The notes under the pieces were generated by a model. That model searched no databases, was not told the origin of the DNA, and saw only the letters and a list, made by a program, of their open reading frames with translations. Source: Octopus sinensis (lineage: Eukaryota). Taken from it: a stretch of 64,000 bases of DNA. Of the stretch, positions 1 to 12,719 are shown piece after piece (the first letter of the stretch is position 1; every line of letters starts with the position of its first letter). Made by a program: the position numbers and the translations under genes. The DNA is taken from contig NC_042997.1 in the NCBI RefSeq assembly GCF_006345805.1, forward strand, positions 130,386,001 to 130,450,000, given 5' to 3'.

Positions 1-1770
1 GTTGCTCATAAATAAACTGAAGAACTTCTATGCATTGTATTTTAGCTGGTGTGTTTTCTTCTGTGTTCTGGTATTTCCTAATGTGTAAATACTCTTTGAA
101 CTGATAACACCCGTTTATTAATTTGTGGTCAATATCGTCTTAGTAATACAATATTATAAGTTTGATACTGTTCTCATCAAATTCTGAATTGTTCATCAGT
201 TCTGAGAGAAACTTGAACCTTTTCACAATCTGCTCATATAGATCCATCCTCTTGCTTAACTGGATTATCAAGCAATCATAGACTTGTTTTAGAACTCCTA
301 AATTTTTCAGCCCCTTTCAAAAAAGCCCAATCACTTGTTCCATCTGCAAATTCCTTTGTAACAATGTGTTTGGAAACATCAGAATAATTTGAGGTGATAT
401 TTTCACATAAACCTTTTGCTACTGATTCATAGTGTGCAATCCTGTTGACTGAATTTTCTCGTAATTCTTTTACAAATGAAAGCAAAGATGCTATCAGAAG
501 ATAACCTTCAAATACATCAGAACCAGGGGTTTGGAGTTTCTTGTTTTGTTAAAACGCTCCATAACTTCTTGCCAAACGACTGTTAAAACAGTATATTCCA
601 ATTTTATCAACTTGCAGTATAAATTCTTTGCATCTCAATTAAATTCAGGCTTCTCTTCTGAGTCTTCAAACATATGTTTGAGAGTTTGTAAAATATCCCT
701 ATATCCATTTTTAATTGTCCAAACTGCTTCATAGTGTGCAGACCATCTAGTTATACTTAAGCTCTTTAGAGAAAAGGTTAGATTGCCCTGCTTGTTCAAA
801 ATCTCCCATCTGCAAAGGAGATTCAGAAAAGAAAACACAACTGCTGCAAGATGCCAAAATAGTCAACAACTTCAGGTACAGTAGACACTGCCTTTTACCA
901 AACAAGGTTGAGTGAATGGCTTGTACATGGTACATAGTCTGAATACCTGTTAATGTTTTTAAGAAGTGCTTGCAGCCTTTTCTCTGAGCCTTGATGCTGT
1001 AGTGCTGGTGGCATGTAAAAAGCACTATCCAAATGTGATCGATGCCAGGCCTGCCTGACTGGCTCCTGTGTGGGTGGCATGTAAAAAGCACCCACTACAC
1101 TCTCAGAGTGGTTGGCATTAGGAAGGGCATCAAGCTGTAGAAACATTGCCAGATCAGATTGGAGCCTGGTACAGCCATCTGGTTTGCCAGTCCTCAGTCA
1201 AATCGTCCAACCCATGCCAGCATGGAAAGCAGACGTTAAACGATGATGATGATGATGATGATGATGAAGAATTGTTCATTTTGTACAAGGTGATATTCAA
1301 ACAATTTTCAAAGTAGAAAAAATGCTTTGTTACTGAACAGATTGTAAATCCAAAATTAGGAGGCAAACCCTTTCATTGGTCATTACATAATGTAGTGAAA
1401 ATAAGAATTCTTATCTCTACCATGCTGATGTAGTAGTAGATATATTTGATGATGGAGGGGCAGAGCTGAAGCTTCCAAAGTAATTCAAGTAAAGCGAATT
1501 ATCTGCGAGTCGTTTGTACTTTTAATTTTTATGCTACTCCACATTGGCAGAAACAGTAGGTGAACAACTCATGGCTAGGCACTGCGTGTTTAGACTCTGA
1601 GTAGGAGTATGATATGATGTCCACTCTGACTGGTAACAACAATCTGCATGGCAAAATACAAAAACAAAAAAATTGATAGAATGAAAAAATTAAGTTGCTT
1701 CAGAAGGGCCCCTCCAGGATTAGGGGCCTTGAAGCTTAAGCTTCATTAGTTTTATGGTAGACCCATCACT
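1..1770 (-). mobile_element. Degenerate hAT-superfamily DNA transposon (ZMYM1-like transposase relic), interrupted by an RTE tail at ~1003-1266 and running off the window start
   Basis: Minus-strand translation gives RLQALLKNINRYSDYVPCTSHSLNLV (~895-985), LKSLSITRWSAHYEAV (~735-785) and further transposase-like text to base 1, with stops and frameshifts. The probable terminus reads CAGTG.. on the minus strand from 1770, with a subterminal palindrome GAAGCTTAAGCTTC (1731-1744) and GGGCCCC motifs. Confidence 0.8.
1003..1266 (+). mobile_element. RTE LINE 3' UTR/tail fragment (family B)
   Basis: Tandem gtggcatgtaaaaagcac units, ending ccaacccatgccagcatggaaagcagacgttaaac(gat)n. The same tail directly follows RTE reverse-transcriptase coding sequence at 47035-47820 and 62750-63720. 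Confidence 0.75.
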
Positions 1771-3155
1771 GATCATGTCACTGGAAAATAAGCCAAACCA
1801 AACCAAATGAAATCAAAAATACAGCGAATTTCTATTAGGAATGGAACCAGTGTAATATTGTACTAGTGAGTGATAATCCAATGGAAAAATATTTTCTTTG
1901 GTTTGATCAGAGGAAATTGGTTATAGTAAAGGGTTGTTGCTGTTGTTTAGCTCTGTGTTAGCTCTGAGTGAGTAAAGTCAAGAATGAAATATATTCCAGT
2001 CATAACCATACAATTTTCTTTAAAAAAAGTATAATCAACATTGCATAATTAACATAGCATTGCTCAATATATCCTTTCTTTTTGAAGTGGGAAGTTGTAA
2101 TGTGAGGGAAATTTGACTGCTATTTCTAGCTGGTTGAACGACCGTTTAAAGATTCCCTCAATGGTTTCTTTTATCTGATAAGTTGTTATTTACTCCCAGG
2201 TCAGCCTTGACCGAGCATATCTATGATCAAAGGCATTCCAACAGCAGCTGCTGTTGTTGTTGTTGTTCCTTCCTCCTCCTCCTCCTCTTCCATGAATTCA
2301 ATTTACATCTAAGATGCCAAAGTGAAATATGAAATGCCCCAGTATAAGGATGAGAGGCAATGTGCCGACCGCAATGGGATTTGAACTCAGAACGTAAAGC
2401 ACCAGAACTAAATACCACAAAGAATTTCTTAGCCAAAATATAATTTCCTGCTTTGAAAGTAAAAAAAAAAAAAAAAAAGAAACTGCGAATGTTTTAATGT
2501 CAGTTGTTGACTTCTCAGTTCTTATTTTGTAGCTGAGATAAACAGGTTTTTGTAATTTGAAGACAGAGCACATTTTGTTCTGGTCTGCATCAGAATATTA
2601 CAGGATCTTCTGTCAGACCGTTACCCACTCAGTGAATGACTTGGTACAGTTTTGTATGAGAAACTGTTTGTTTGTGTTACTAACTGCTGCATCCATACTG
2701 TTGTGGGCTGGATATGATTTACTACTTAAAGGGTCTGTCTGTATAAAGATATCAACCATATACCAGACTTTATTAACTGGTAATGAAACAGTAAATGTGT
2801 ATAGTTTTAATAGAAGTGAAAATAAAATTTCGTATTGACACTGGTCAGACTGCACTTCATGCATGTCCTCATCCACTAAGTATATAACACAAGCAACGCA
2901 CAGCAAGGAGAAAGAGACAAAAATAAGATAACGTGTATTAACATCTTTTTTTAAAAACGTTCAATGACGTTAACTGGAATGTGGGGTTCGAGTAGACATT
3001 ATTCCACTTTTTCATTTCTCATTACCATTCTTTTCATTTGCTTTCATTTTTTTCCCCATTTTTGTGTTTTGGCTGTCCTTGTGCTGTCCCCTCTGTGTTT
3101 CAACCCTGTGTGGTTAATAAAAAAATCAAGTTGTCAGGTATGTATATGTATGTAA

Positions 3156-3387
3156 GGTAGAGAGCTGGTAGAAATGTTAGCATGCTGGGTGAAATGCGTA
3201 GCCGTATTTCGTCTGCCGTTATGTTCTGAGTTCAAATTCCGCCAAGGTCGACTTTGCCTTTCATCCTTTCGGGGTCGATAAATTAAGTACCAGTTATGCA
3301 CTGGGGTCGATCTAATCGACTTAATCCGTTCATCTGTCCTTGTTTGTCCTTTCTGTGTTTAGCCCCTTGTGGGTAGTAAAGAAATAG
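3156..3387 (+). mobile_element. tRNA-derived SINE, family D
   Basis: Head gagctggtagaa..ttctgagttcaaattcc (A/B-box-like) and core gcctttcatcctttcggggtcgataa. Flanked by a 17-bp direct repeat GGTATGTATATGTATGT (3137-3153 and 3386-3402). Second copy at 45255. Confidence 0.85.
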
Positions 3388-3616
3388 GTATGTATATGTA
3401 TGTGTAGTTGTGTATGTGTGCATGTGTATAGTATGTCTGCCTATAGTATATCTGCATTTTTGTAAGCAGTGTAAATTAACGAAATAGAAGAATATGTACA
3501 GAGAGACAAAGAATTTAATATTTTGCCTTCCAACCTTGCAACTGTTGTGATAATTATTAACTGGTAATGGAACAGTAACTGTATTATTTTAAAGGAAATG
3601 AAAATAAAATTTCATA

Positions 3617-3763
3617 TTTCTGTCTACTAAATCTGCTTGCAAGACTTTGTTCAGCCCAAGGCTATAGTAGAAGACACTTGCCCAAGGTGTCATGCAGTGG
3701 GAATGAACCGGGAACCATGTTGTTGGGAAGCAAACTTCTTAGCACACAATCACACCTGCACCT
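3617..3763 (-). mobile_element. SINE family A, 5' half
   Basis: Reverse complement of the family A head and ccttgggcaagtgtcttctactatagcc core. Confidence 0.7.
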
Positions 3764-4847
3764 TTAACAATGTAATGACAGTATAAGAAAAAAACTCATA
3801 GTCATCACTAACGAATAAGTATGACTTGGTAATATGTACCATGATGTCGTTAATGGAATTTGATGTCTCTATGGTTGCAAACAGAAAACAGATATAAATA
3901 CCTTTTCAACCCTCTCGTCTTTGACCCAACAGAACATTAAGGATGTGATAGCAACATCAGCACTTTGGTTGATACTAATTATAGGTGAATAGACTGTAAT
4001 AATGTGAAATGAAGTACCTTGTTCAAAGACACAATGTACCACCTAATCTAGGAATCAAACCTATGACCTTATGATTATAAACCCAACATGCTAACCACTA
4101 GGCCAGTAAGTAACTATACACAGAAAGAGGAGGTTGTCAGTATGAAGAGGCTTAAATTGGGCAGTAATTACGTAAGAGGAAAACTATCAACATCTAGAGG
4201 TCAGGGTGGACAGTGCTGATATAGAATAATATAGGGTAAGGAATAAGATAGCTAATAAGGACAGAGCAGAAAGGGATGGGTGAGGGAGGAAAGTATAACT
4301 ATGTGGGACTTACCCTTAAATACTGCTTCTTCCTTCCCAACATTGTAACAAAATCTGAATATTGTTGTTATTACAGTTTTATATTACTGGCTCTTTAGTT
4401 GTAATTAAGGCAAGCAGGGTTTCAATTTTGATGCGTAATTTAACATATGCTCACACATGTACAAACATGTACACACACATATGCATGCACTCTCACACAT
4501 AGGTACATGTAATATATATGTGTATACACATCCATAAGCATTAGCTTATTGATACAGATGCACCACATAGATTGAGGTCAATAAGCATACAAGCACAATC
4601 AACATTTTGTTGGAGTCAGATAAGAGTTTCATTAAATTACTTCTATAGTAACATTTATCTACAATGAGTCTTCATTTATCAGTTTGCGTTGGTCATAGTT
4701 AGCCTGACATCATTCAAACTCTCCCTGTTGCTCTTTCTCTTTGTTGCTCTCTCTCTATTGCTCTCTCTCTCTTTATTTCTCTCTGTTGCTCTCTCTCTCT
4801 TCTTGTGACATGTCTAGTGATCATGGATCTCCATCTCAAAAAATCAA

Positions 4848-5379
4848 AATCAAATTTGATGACTGGCATCCGTGCTAGCCGGGTGCAAAGAACACCATAC
4901 GAGTGTGATCATTGACAGAGCGGCTAACCGGCTTCTGTGTCAGTGGCACTTAAAAGGCACCATTCGAGCATGATCGTTACCAGCGTCACACTACTGGCAC
5001 TTGAGCCCCGTGCTAGTAGGGTGCTAAGAGCACCATCCGAGCGTGATCATTACCAGAGCAGCTACCTGGCCTCCGTGCCGGTGGCACGTAAACAACACCG
5101 TTCGAGCATGATTGTTACCAGCATCGCCTTACTGGTACCCGCACCAGTGGCATGTGTAAAAGATTCCAGCGAGGTTGTTGCCAGTGCTGCCTGACTGGCC
5201 CCATGCTGGTGGCACGTAAAAGCACCCACTACACTCTCGGAGTGGTTGGCGTTAGGAAGGGCATCCAGCTGTAGAAACTCTGCCAGATCAAGATTGAAGC
5301 CTGGTGCAGCCATCTGGTTCGCCAGCCCTCAGTCATACGTGCAACCCATGCTAGCATGATGATGATGATGATGATGATT
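4848..5379 (+). mobile_element. RTE LINE 3' UTR with several internal tandem units (family B)
   Basis: Repeated gcaccat..gagc(a/g)tgatcgttaccagc..actggc units followed by the standard tail and (GAT)n. Confidence 0.75.
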
Positions 5380-6082
5380 ATGATTTTTCTTCTGTAAGAA
5401 GTAGCAGTGATTACTCATTGCCTTCTGTTTATTTATTTACAATTTATTCTATTACTCCCTTGCTCTTCTGAGCTTACCTTACCCTTAAGGTACAGGGTCT
5501 ATTTAACTCTTAAGCAGGGGAAATGGTTAACATGACATCAGGGATGTGCACATACCAGTGGATCTGTATGATATGTGTCTTGAGGTCAGCCCGCCTTGAG
5601 TCCTGTACATTAGGAACTGGACCATCTTCTTAACCGAAGCCTTGAACAGCTACTATCAGAATGGTGATAGGAGTAACTCTACACTCTTCAATATTACTGA
5701 ACTCCCAAGCTAGAGTCTCAACACTGGGTGTAATTCAATATCTTGCTCAGGAATACTAGTGTAGCTAGAGTATCTGCTGTCTGGGGCAGCCCTTCTGTTC
5801 TCGCTCCCAAACTCCACAAAAAGCTCATAGTGTCTACAGCAGACCCAAAAGTGGTACCTGGGGTGGATCACCTCTACTCCCACCCCGACTACCTATGCTA
5901 GTGCTCAGGAAGATGGTTGAAGATGGGGTTAGAGGTAAATATACTGAATAATGAACACGGGTGGAGGTGCAGTTGAAGGGAAATACTTGGCTAAGGTGAG
6001 ACATATGGGATTGGTTTAGGAAGGAGAATAGACCAGTAAGTAGTAAAATGATGCGCAAGATGTAGGAGCAGTGGACAGGAAG

Positions 6083-6084
6083 AT

Positions 6085-6170
<86 letters not shown>

Positions 6171-6172
6171 TG

Positions 6173-6203
<31 letters not shown>

Positions 6204-6239
6204 GTATATATATATATATATATATACATATATATATAC

Positions 6240-6288
<49 letters not shown>

Positions 6289-6339
6289 ATATATATAGTA
6301 TATATATATATATATATATATATATTCATATATATATAT
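6083..6339. repeat. (AT)n microsatellite
   Basis: Direct reading; source of the YIYI ORFs. Confidence 0.98.
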
Positions 6340-6518
6340 CGGAGACCTCCTTCTGTCATGACACAGACCATGGGATTGCACCTAGAAAGTTACCCTCCTA
6401 GACACAATGCTCGAGGTTGTTTATGGAAGACCAGCAGTCGTCCATGCATACCAGCCTCCCCTCTCCACGCCACAAGTGTTATCCAAGGGAAAGACAAAGG
6501 TCGATACAGCTTGGCACC
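6340..6518 (-). mobile_element. SINE family C, 3' half, abutting an RTE relic
   Basis: Matches the complete copies at 36150-36482 (-) and 59886-60219 (+). Confidence 0.75.
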
Positions 6519-7500
6519 CAAAAGGTGTAGAGCCTTGTTTGTTTTCCTGCTTACTAGAGCTTTGGTCATTCTTAAGTTTACTTTAAGGTTCTTTGACTGC
6601 AGGTCCTTTGACTCCACATGGAGTTTCTTTCCTCATTCTGTTACAGATTCCACCATGAGAATGAGATCATCAGCATATAGTAGTTCCCAAGGGCAGCCGG
6701 TATTAAATTCCTGTTATGGCCAGGAGGACAGTGATGAAGGGAATGAGAACTGAGCCTTTATGAAAACCTACTTGTACACTAAATTTATCACTGTACTCAT
6801 AGCTAACTCTCACCTTACTGACTGAACCTGTACATGGCTTGTATTACTTTCACAAGCTATTCATACACTCCTAGCTTCCTCAGAGACCACTATATTCCAG
6901 AGTGAGAGACTATTTAGAAGGATTTCTCATATCAAGGAATGCCAGGTACAATGCTTTACTCTTAGCTCAATACTGAAGTTGTCTGGCTAACAATATAGTG
7001 TCAGTAATACTCCGTCCAAGCACAAAACTGAACTGCATTTCATCTAATCTTGTTCTGTTTGTAATTTTGTTCCTAATTATGTAGGTTATAACTCTTTCCA
7101 TAACTTTCATGACCTGATCCAGTAATATGATACCTCTGTAATTGCAATAATTTACTATAATGCTGCAGCACCAGTCATTGAAGAGTATACCTTCCCGAAT
7201 AATTTGACTGTCTATATGGGCCACTAGACTGTATTCTACCTCACCAGATATTTTAAACACCTCAGTAGTTATTCCTGGTCAACCAGGGGCATTCCCTGTC
7301 TTCATATCCTTAATTGCCCTATCTATTATTCTTCTGTCAACTAGGATAGCTGGTTCCACTGTTGGGTTCACATTGGAAAGATTCCTTTTCTCCATGCATA
7401 CTCTACATTTAGCAACTTTTCATAGTAGGACTTCCATACCTCTTTCTTTTCAGAGTCATTAAGTGCAAGCATGCCAGTATCCATTTGTACAAACTTCTCA
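6519..7500 (-). mobile_element. RTE-clade LINE reverse transcriptase relic
   Basis: Translates to NYRGIILLDQVMKVMERV..LDEMQFSFVLGRSITDTILLARQLQ, then [13 protein letters not shown] (6655-6695) and [15 protein letters not shown]. Multiple stops and deletions. Confidence 0.9.
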
Positions 7501-7639
7501 ATTATCTCTGATACACTGTTAATAGAACTACAAAACCATAAAATATTATGATAAAAACATTTTCCATTTTAATTCAAATAACATTGGTAAAGATTAAAAT
7601 AAATGGGTGGGCGAACATCAAATGGATTTATGAGATAAG

Positions 7640-8411
7640 CCAGTACATTGGATAATGTACTCCTAGTTACACTAAAAAGTAGATCGTATGATATTAATCG
7701 CCTGGAAACTGTTCAGCAACATGCAACCAAGAGAATACCCTCCATCAGGCATTTGCCATATTCTGAGCGCCTTACTTCCCTGGGCATGGATACATTGAAG
7801 CTCTGATGTCTGGCAACTGACTTGGCAGACACCCATAAAATTATTAACCATCTTACTAACAATAGCTCTGAGCACTTTTTCAAACTCCACCTGTCTAACA
7901 CCTGTGGACATGTTTACCAAGTCAGAAAACAGCACAGCTCCCATAACTTTCGGAAACATTTTTTCACGCTAAGAGTTGCTGAAGTATGGAACAAACTGCC
8001 GGCATCAGTTGTTAGTTGTCGGAGCAGTGCATCCTTCAAAACTTCCATGATGATTTTCTCCCCTCCATACACACATAAGCATGTATCTGACTCATGCAGT
8101 GTTCGCTTTCCAGACATTTTATATTACTGCATATGCTTTATACGCACTTTTGACAAGTTGTGGTGCACCTGAGCACTCTCTTTACCCTCTTACTCTTTTA
8201 CTTGTTTCAGTCATTTGACTGCGGCCATGCTGGAGCACGACCTTTAGTTGAGCAAATCAACCCCAGGACTAATTCTTTGTAAGCCTAGTACTTATTCTAT
8301 CGGTCTCTTTTGCTGAACTGCTAAGTTACGGGGATGTAAACACACCAGCACCAGTTGTCAAGCAATGTTGGGGGGACAAACACAGACACACAAACATATA
8401 CATACACATAC

Positions 8412-8466
<55 letters not shown>

Positions 8467-8670
8467 CATGCATATATACAACGGGCTTCTTTCAGTTTCC
8501 GTCTAACAAATTCACTCACAAGGCTTTGGTCGTCCTGAGGCTATAGTAGAAGACACTTGCCCAAGGTGCCATTTAGTGGGACTGAACCTGGAACCATGTG
8601 GTTGGTAAGTAAGCTACTTACCACACAGCCACTCCTGCGCCTATACATGGATACAATAATTTCATTATTA
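7640..8670 (+). mobile_element. CR1-type LINE 3' end (RT C-terminus and 3' tail), tail split by a SINE insertion
   Basis: LETVQQHATKRIPSIRHLPYSERLTSLG..RKHFFTLRVAEVWNKLPASVV is a typical CR1/L2 RT C-terminus. The tail gtgcacctgagcact|..atacaataatttcattatt is split by the SINE at 8178-8641; an unsplit tail is at 52209-52260. Confidence 0.85.
8178..8641 (-). mobile_element. Full-length tRNA-derived SINE, family A (resembles the described octopus OK/OR-type SINEs; exact family name not verified)
   Basis: Reverse strand reads ggcgcaggagtggctgtgtggtaag..ggttcagtcccact..ccttgggcaagtg..(TA)n..gaaacaagtaaaagag. More than 12 related copies in the window. Confidence 0.9.
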
Positions 8671-8773
8671 TTATATTATGGTGAGAACATCCTTGACTTT
8701 TGGTCTGTGCTAGATTAGAGAGGACCTGTGTCTAAGCAACAATAAACACCAACAACTACAGCAACAGCAACAA

Positions 8774-9160
8774 TGGCCCAGTGGTTAGGGCAGCGGATTC
8801 ATTTTATGGGTGTCTGCCAAGTCAGTTGCCAGACATCAGATCGGGCGTTGTGTGTGTTTATTGACCAAAAACATCTAAAGCTCCACGAGGCTCCGGCAGG
8901 GGGTGGTGGCGACCCCTGTTGTACTCTTTCGCTCCAACTTTCTCTCACGCTTTCTTCCTGTTTCTTGTCCCCGACTTCCTACACAACTGCTGAGCCTGGA
9001 TGCACATTCAACCATCCATCGATGCTCTCGGTGTCGGGGGTTGACCTGCTTTCTCTTCTGCGGGTCTTACAAATAGAAAAGGACCACGTTTCGGACTTCT
9101 CCCACTACAGAGGTGCGATCTTACGAGCTCTGAGATGAAGACTGCTTTGCTCAACAAACA
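8774..9160 (+). mobile_element. tRNA-derived SINE, family F, with its B-box region replaced by an inverted LINE copy
   Basis: Head ggcccagtggttagggcagcgga, GC-rich body, ends tgctttgctc(aaac)n. Bases 8801-8840 are the reverse complement of 7802-7841. Confidence 0.65.
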
Positions 9161-9457
9161 AACAAACAAAGCAGCAGCAACAACAACAGCAACGATAATG
9201 ACAACAACGACAACAACAGCAGCAGCAGTAGCAGCAGCAACTGCATTGAATGGATCCTTTCTCAGTTTTGATGAGAGGATTCAATGGTTTCAACTGAACT
9301 ATCTGCTAATTAAATTAACGTGGAAGTAGCTGAGTATACCATGGATATGTGAAACACTCTGAGAAATCTTTCAGGTTGAACCATAACTGGCATGTTTTTT
9401 TATCCCGAGTCTGCTTGATCAGAGCTGACTCCAAGCTAAACAACAACAACAACAACA

Positions 9458-9501
<44 letters not shown>

Positions 9502-9723
9502 AACAACAACAACAGTTTCAAATTTTGACACAAGGCCAACAATTTCGGGTGAGGGGATGAGTTGATTACATTGACCCCCAGTGTGCAACTGGTACTTATT
9601 TTATTAACCCTGAAAGGATGAAAAGTAAAGTCAACCTCAGCAGAATTTGAATTCAAAATGTAGAGAAATGCCATTAAGTATTTTACCTGGCACTCTAATG
9701 ATTCTGTCAGCTTGCACCTTACA

Positions 9724-9771
<48 letters not shown>

Positions 9772-9777
9772 TAATAA

Positions 9778-9818
<41 letters not shown>

Positions 9819-11164
9819 ATAATAATAATTCTTTCTAAGTGTGGAACAAGGACAACAGTTTCAAAGGGATGGGGCAAGTTGATTATGTTGATTTCAGTAC
9901 TTGACTGAAACCTTATTTTATTGATCCTAGTATGACATAAATCATAATTGGTCTTGGTGGGATTTCAGCTCAGGTTGTGAAGAGCAGGAAGAAATATTGT
10001 GCTCTGATAGTGCTCTGATAATTCAGCCAGCTCACAATAGTAACAAGAGCACTCAGAGAGTGCAAACACCAACGTCCTCTCAATGCTTAGATGGAGATGA
10101 TTTTTAAAATGAGAATATCTGAAGTAAACTCGACTGCTCTCACGAGAATACTACAAATGATCCCAACCACTCTCAAAAATTAAGTAAAAAAAAACTGGAA
10201 AAATAATCCAGAATCCTTGTCTGGTACCAGATTGATCCCAAAATCTAACAAGTTCATGCCAGTCACGAGGCCAAACATCCCTGAAAGTTTCATCCAAATC
10301 CATCCAGTGGTTCTTGAGATATCTTGCCCACAGGCAAACAAACAAACAAACATCACTGAAAACAATACCGCTGCCTTTGCTAAGGCAGAGGTAATAATGA
10401 TCCTTTCTACTATAGGCATAGGCCTGAAATTGTGTAGGAGACTGCTAGTTGATAACATCGGTCCCACTGATAGTGTAGTCCTAGTTATACTAAAATGTAC
10501 TTATTTTATTAACCCCAAAATCATTAAAGGTAAAGTTGACCATGGTGGTTCTTGATTTAGGCACAAGGCTGATAAATTTTGACGAGAGGAGGTGATTGAA
10601 TGCTGTTGCATCCACTACTTGATTGGTACTTTATTTTATTGACTCCTGGTGAGATAAAAGGTAAAGTCAACCTCAGTAGGAATCGAACTCAGAATACAAA
10701 GATTTGGAAAAAATACTAGAAAGTATTTTGTCCAGCAAAATGCTTTGTGTTATCCAACTCTGTTCTATCAAATCCTGATTACTTAAATAGGTACACAGTC
10801 AGAAATTTGAGGGGAGGGGCTTAGCCAATTATATTGACCCAGTACTTGACTGTTTATATGTTGCCTTGCTTAGTGTTGCTGCATAATGAATAGCTATCTT
10901 AAAATGATATCGAAGAAAAATTCAGGCATTTTCGGAATATTTTTTCAAAATTTGCTATAATAAAAATCATAGAGGCTACTTCTCCTTCTATATCCCACCA
11001 AGTGTGAAATTGGTGAGTGAAAAGTTATCAAATAGGATGCTGAGAGTAAAACCCTTCTATTACAATCACCATCTGTTGTTGATTGTAGCCATGTTGCTTG
11101 CCTCTTTAGCTACGTGACCAGAAAAATAAGGATCACAAATTTCTGTAGTCAAAGAGACATTGAT

Positions 11165-11191
11165 ATGTATATGTATATATTTATGTATGTG

Positions 11192-11261
<70 letters not shown>

Positions 11262-11278
11262 ATACATATATGTATGTA

Positions 11279-11317
<39 letters not shown>

Positions 11318-11602
11318 ATGTATGTGTATGTATGTATATATATATATTATATATATAATATATATATATATATATAGATATATATATATATACATACATA
11401 CATACTCAAACATACACACGCACGCACATATATATATGTATATATATGTATATATATGTGTGTGTATGAATATGTATATATATTTAAGTACATGTATATA
11501 CACAAATATACATAAATATACATAAATATACAATATATATCTATGTATATGTTTATGTCTATCTATCTGTATATGTATGTATATATATATATATATAATA
11601 TA

Positions 11603-11633
<31 letters not shown>

Positions 11634-11688
11634 CATACATGGTAACATGTGTGTGTGTGTGTATGTATATATATATATATATACATAC

Positions 11689-11744
<56 letters not shown>

Positions 11745-11769
11745 TATGTATATATATAATATATATATA

Positions 11770-11817
<48 letters not shown>

Positions 11818-11830
11818 TCATATACATACA
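11165..11830. repeat. Compound (AT)n/(AC)n microsatellite block
   Basis: Direct reading. Confidence 0.98.
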
Positions 11831-12096
11831 CACGTGTTGCCATAGCAACTTGACACTCAACTATATTTATTAGTGCCTACAGAATTCTTAGAAATCAAAT
11901 ATCCCACCGAATCACCATCGTTAATTTTCACTGCCAGAAGTGCCAGGTTTTAAGTTACCAAAGCTGTCTTCTCAATACAATTGCTTCAATCTTTCTTATA
12001 GTTGAGTCTAGGAATGGAGAAACAGAGAGTGATGTGGTGATCGAGATGAGTGTTCAAGAATAATACATGTTCAGCTGTTACTATGAATGTGCATAT

Positions 12097-12107
<11 letters not shown>

Positions 12108-12128
<21 letters not shown>

Positions 12129-12390
12129 TGTCGTTTAACATCTGCTTTCCCTGCTGGAGTGGGTTGGATAGTTTGACTGAGGACCAGCAAGCCAGACGGC
12201 TGCACCAGGCTCCAATCTAAATCTGGCAAGGTTTCTACAATTGGTTGCCCATCCTAATGCCAACCTCTCCGAGAGTGTAGTGGGTGCTTTTCATGGGCCA
12301 CCAGCATGAGAGCCAGTTAGGCAGCACTGACATCAGCCACACTTGAATAGTGCTTATTATGTGCCACTGGCACAGGAGCCAGTCTTTGCA
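12108..12390 (-). mobile_element. RTE 3' tail (family B)
   Basis: (ATC)n followed by the reverse complement of the tail consensus. Confidence 0.7.
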
Positions 12391-12424
12391 CTTCAACTGC
12401 GTTTTTCACACTTCCAGTAGCATT

Positions 12425-12559
12425 TTAGAATGTATTTCCTTTGTTCAAAGCTTAGTCTGACTGCCACCATTAATTCCAATGGGTTTAATCTGGAAAGAAA
12501 AAAACATCAATTAAGTTATCAGCTGCTAAAGTGCGTATACACTTTTTTTGGACATCCTG
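12425..12559 (+). mobile_element. Tc1/mariner 3' end remnant
   Basis: LTATINSNGFNLE resembles the RL.AVI.ANGGHFE transposase C-terminus; ends ttttttggacatcctg|TA. Confidence 0.45.
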
Positions 12560-12583
12560 TATATATATGCATATATTTATATA

Positions 12584-12629
<46 letters not shown>

Positions 12630-12719
12630 CTTAGATAAAACTTAGATATGTTTCGACCAAAGATTGGTCCAGGCCATGTCTAACTTAATAGCACCACCTG
12701 ATAGGATTATTCGAATCCT

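Noticed and set aside
2815-2850. VKIKFRIDTGQT resembling a retroviral protease DTG motif
   Set aside because: Frame is closed by nearby stops and there is no other gag/pol similarity around it; likely chance.
5400-6080. GC-balanced non-repetitive block, possibly a LINE 5' region
   Set aside because: No motif, ORF homology or second copy in the window to support a call.
5834-6401. Long [12 protein letters not shown]/poly-D,S,N ORFs here and at 11066-11853, 16376-16738, 28592-29189, 31120-31635, 36395-36833, 42193-43024, 49628-49981
   Set aside because: They are translations of (AT)n, (CA)n and trinucleotide microsatellites, which lack stops in some frames; no coding signal.
8560-8641. tRNA-like A/B-box sequences (also ~36420-36482, ~40908-40975, ~45255-45340)
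   Set aside because: Each is the head of a multi-copy SINE followed by core and tail; no complete cloverleaf, so not tRNA genes.
10905-11040. EEKFRHFRNIF resembling a mariner N-terminus, with a gtgagt donor at ~11013
   Set aside because: Too short and degenerate to support either a mariner or an exon call.
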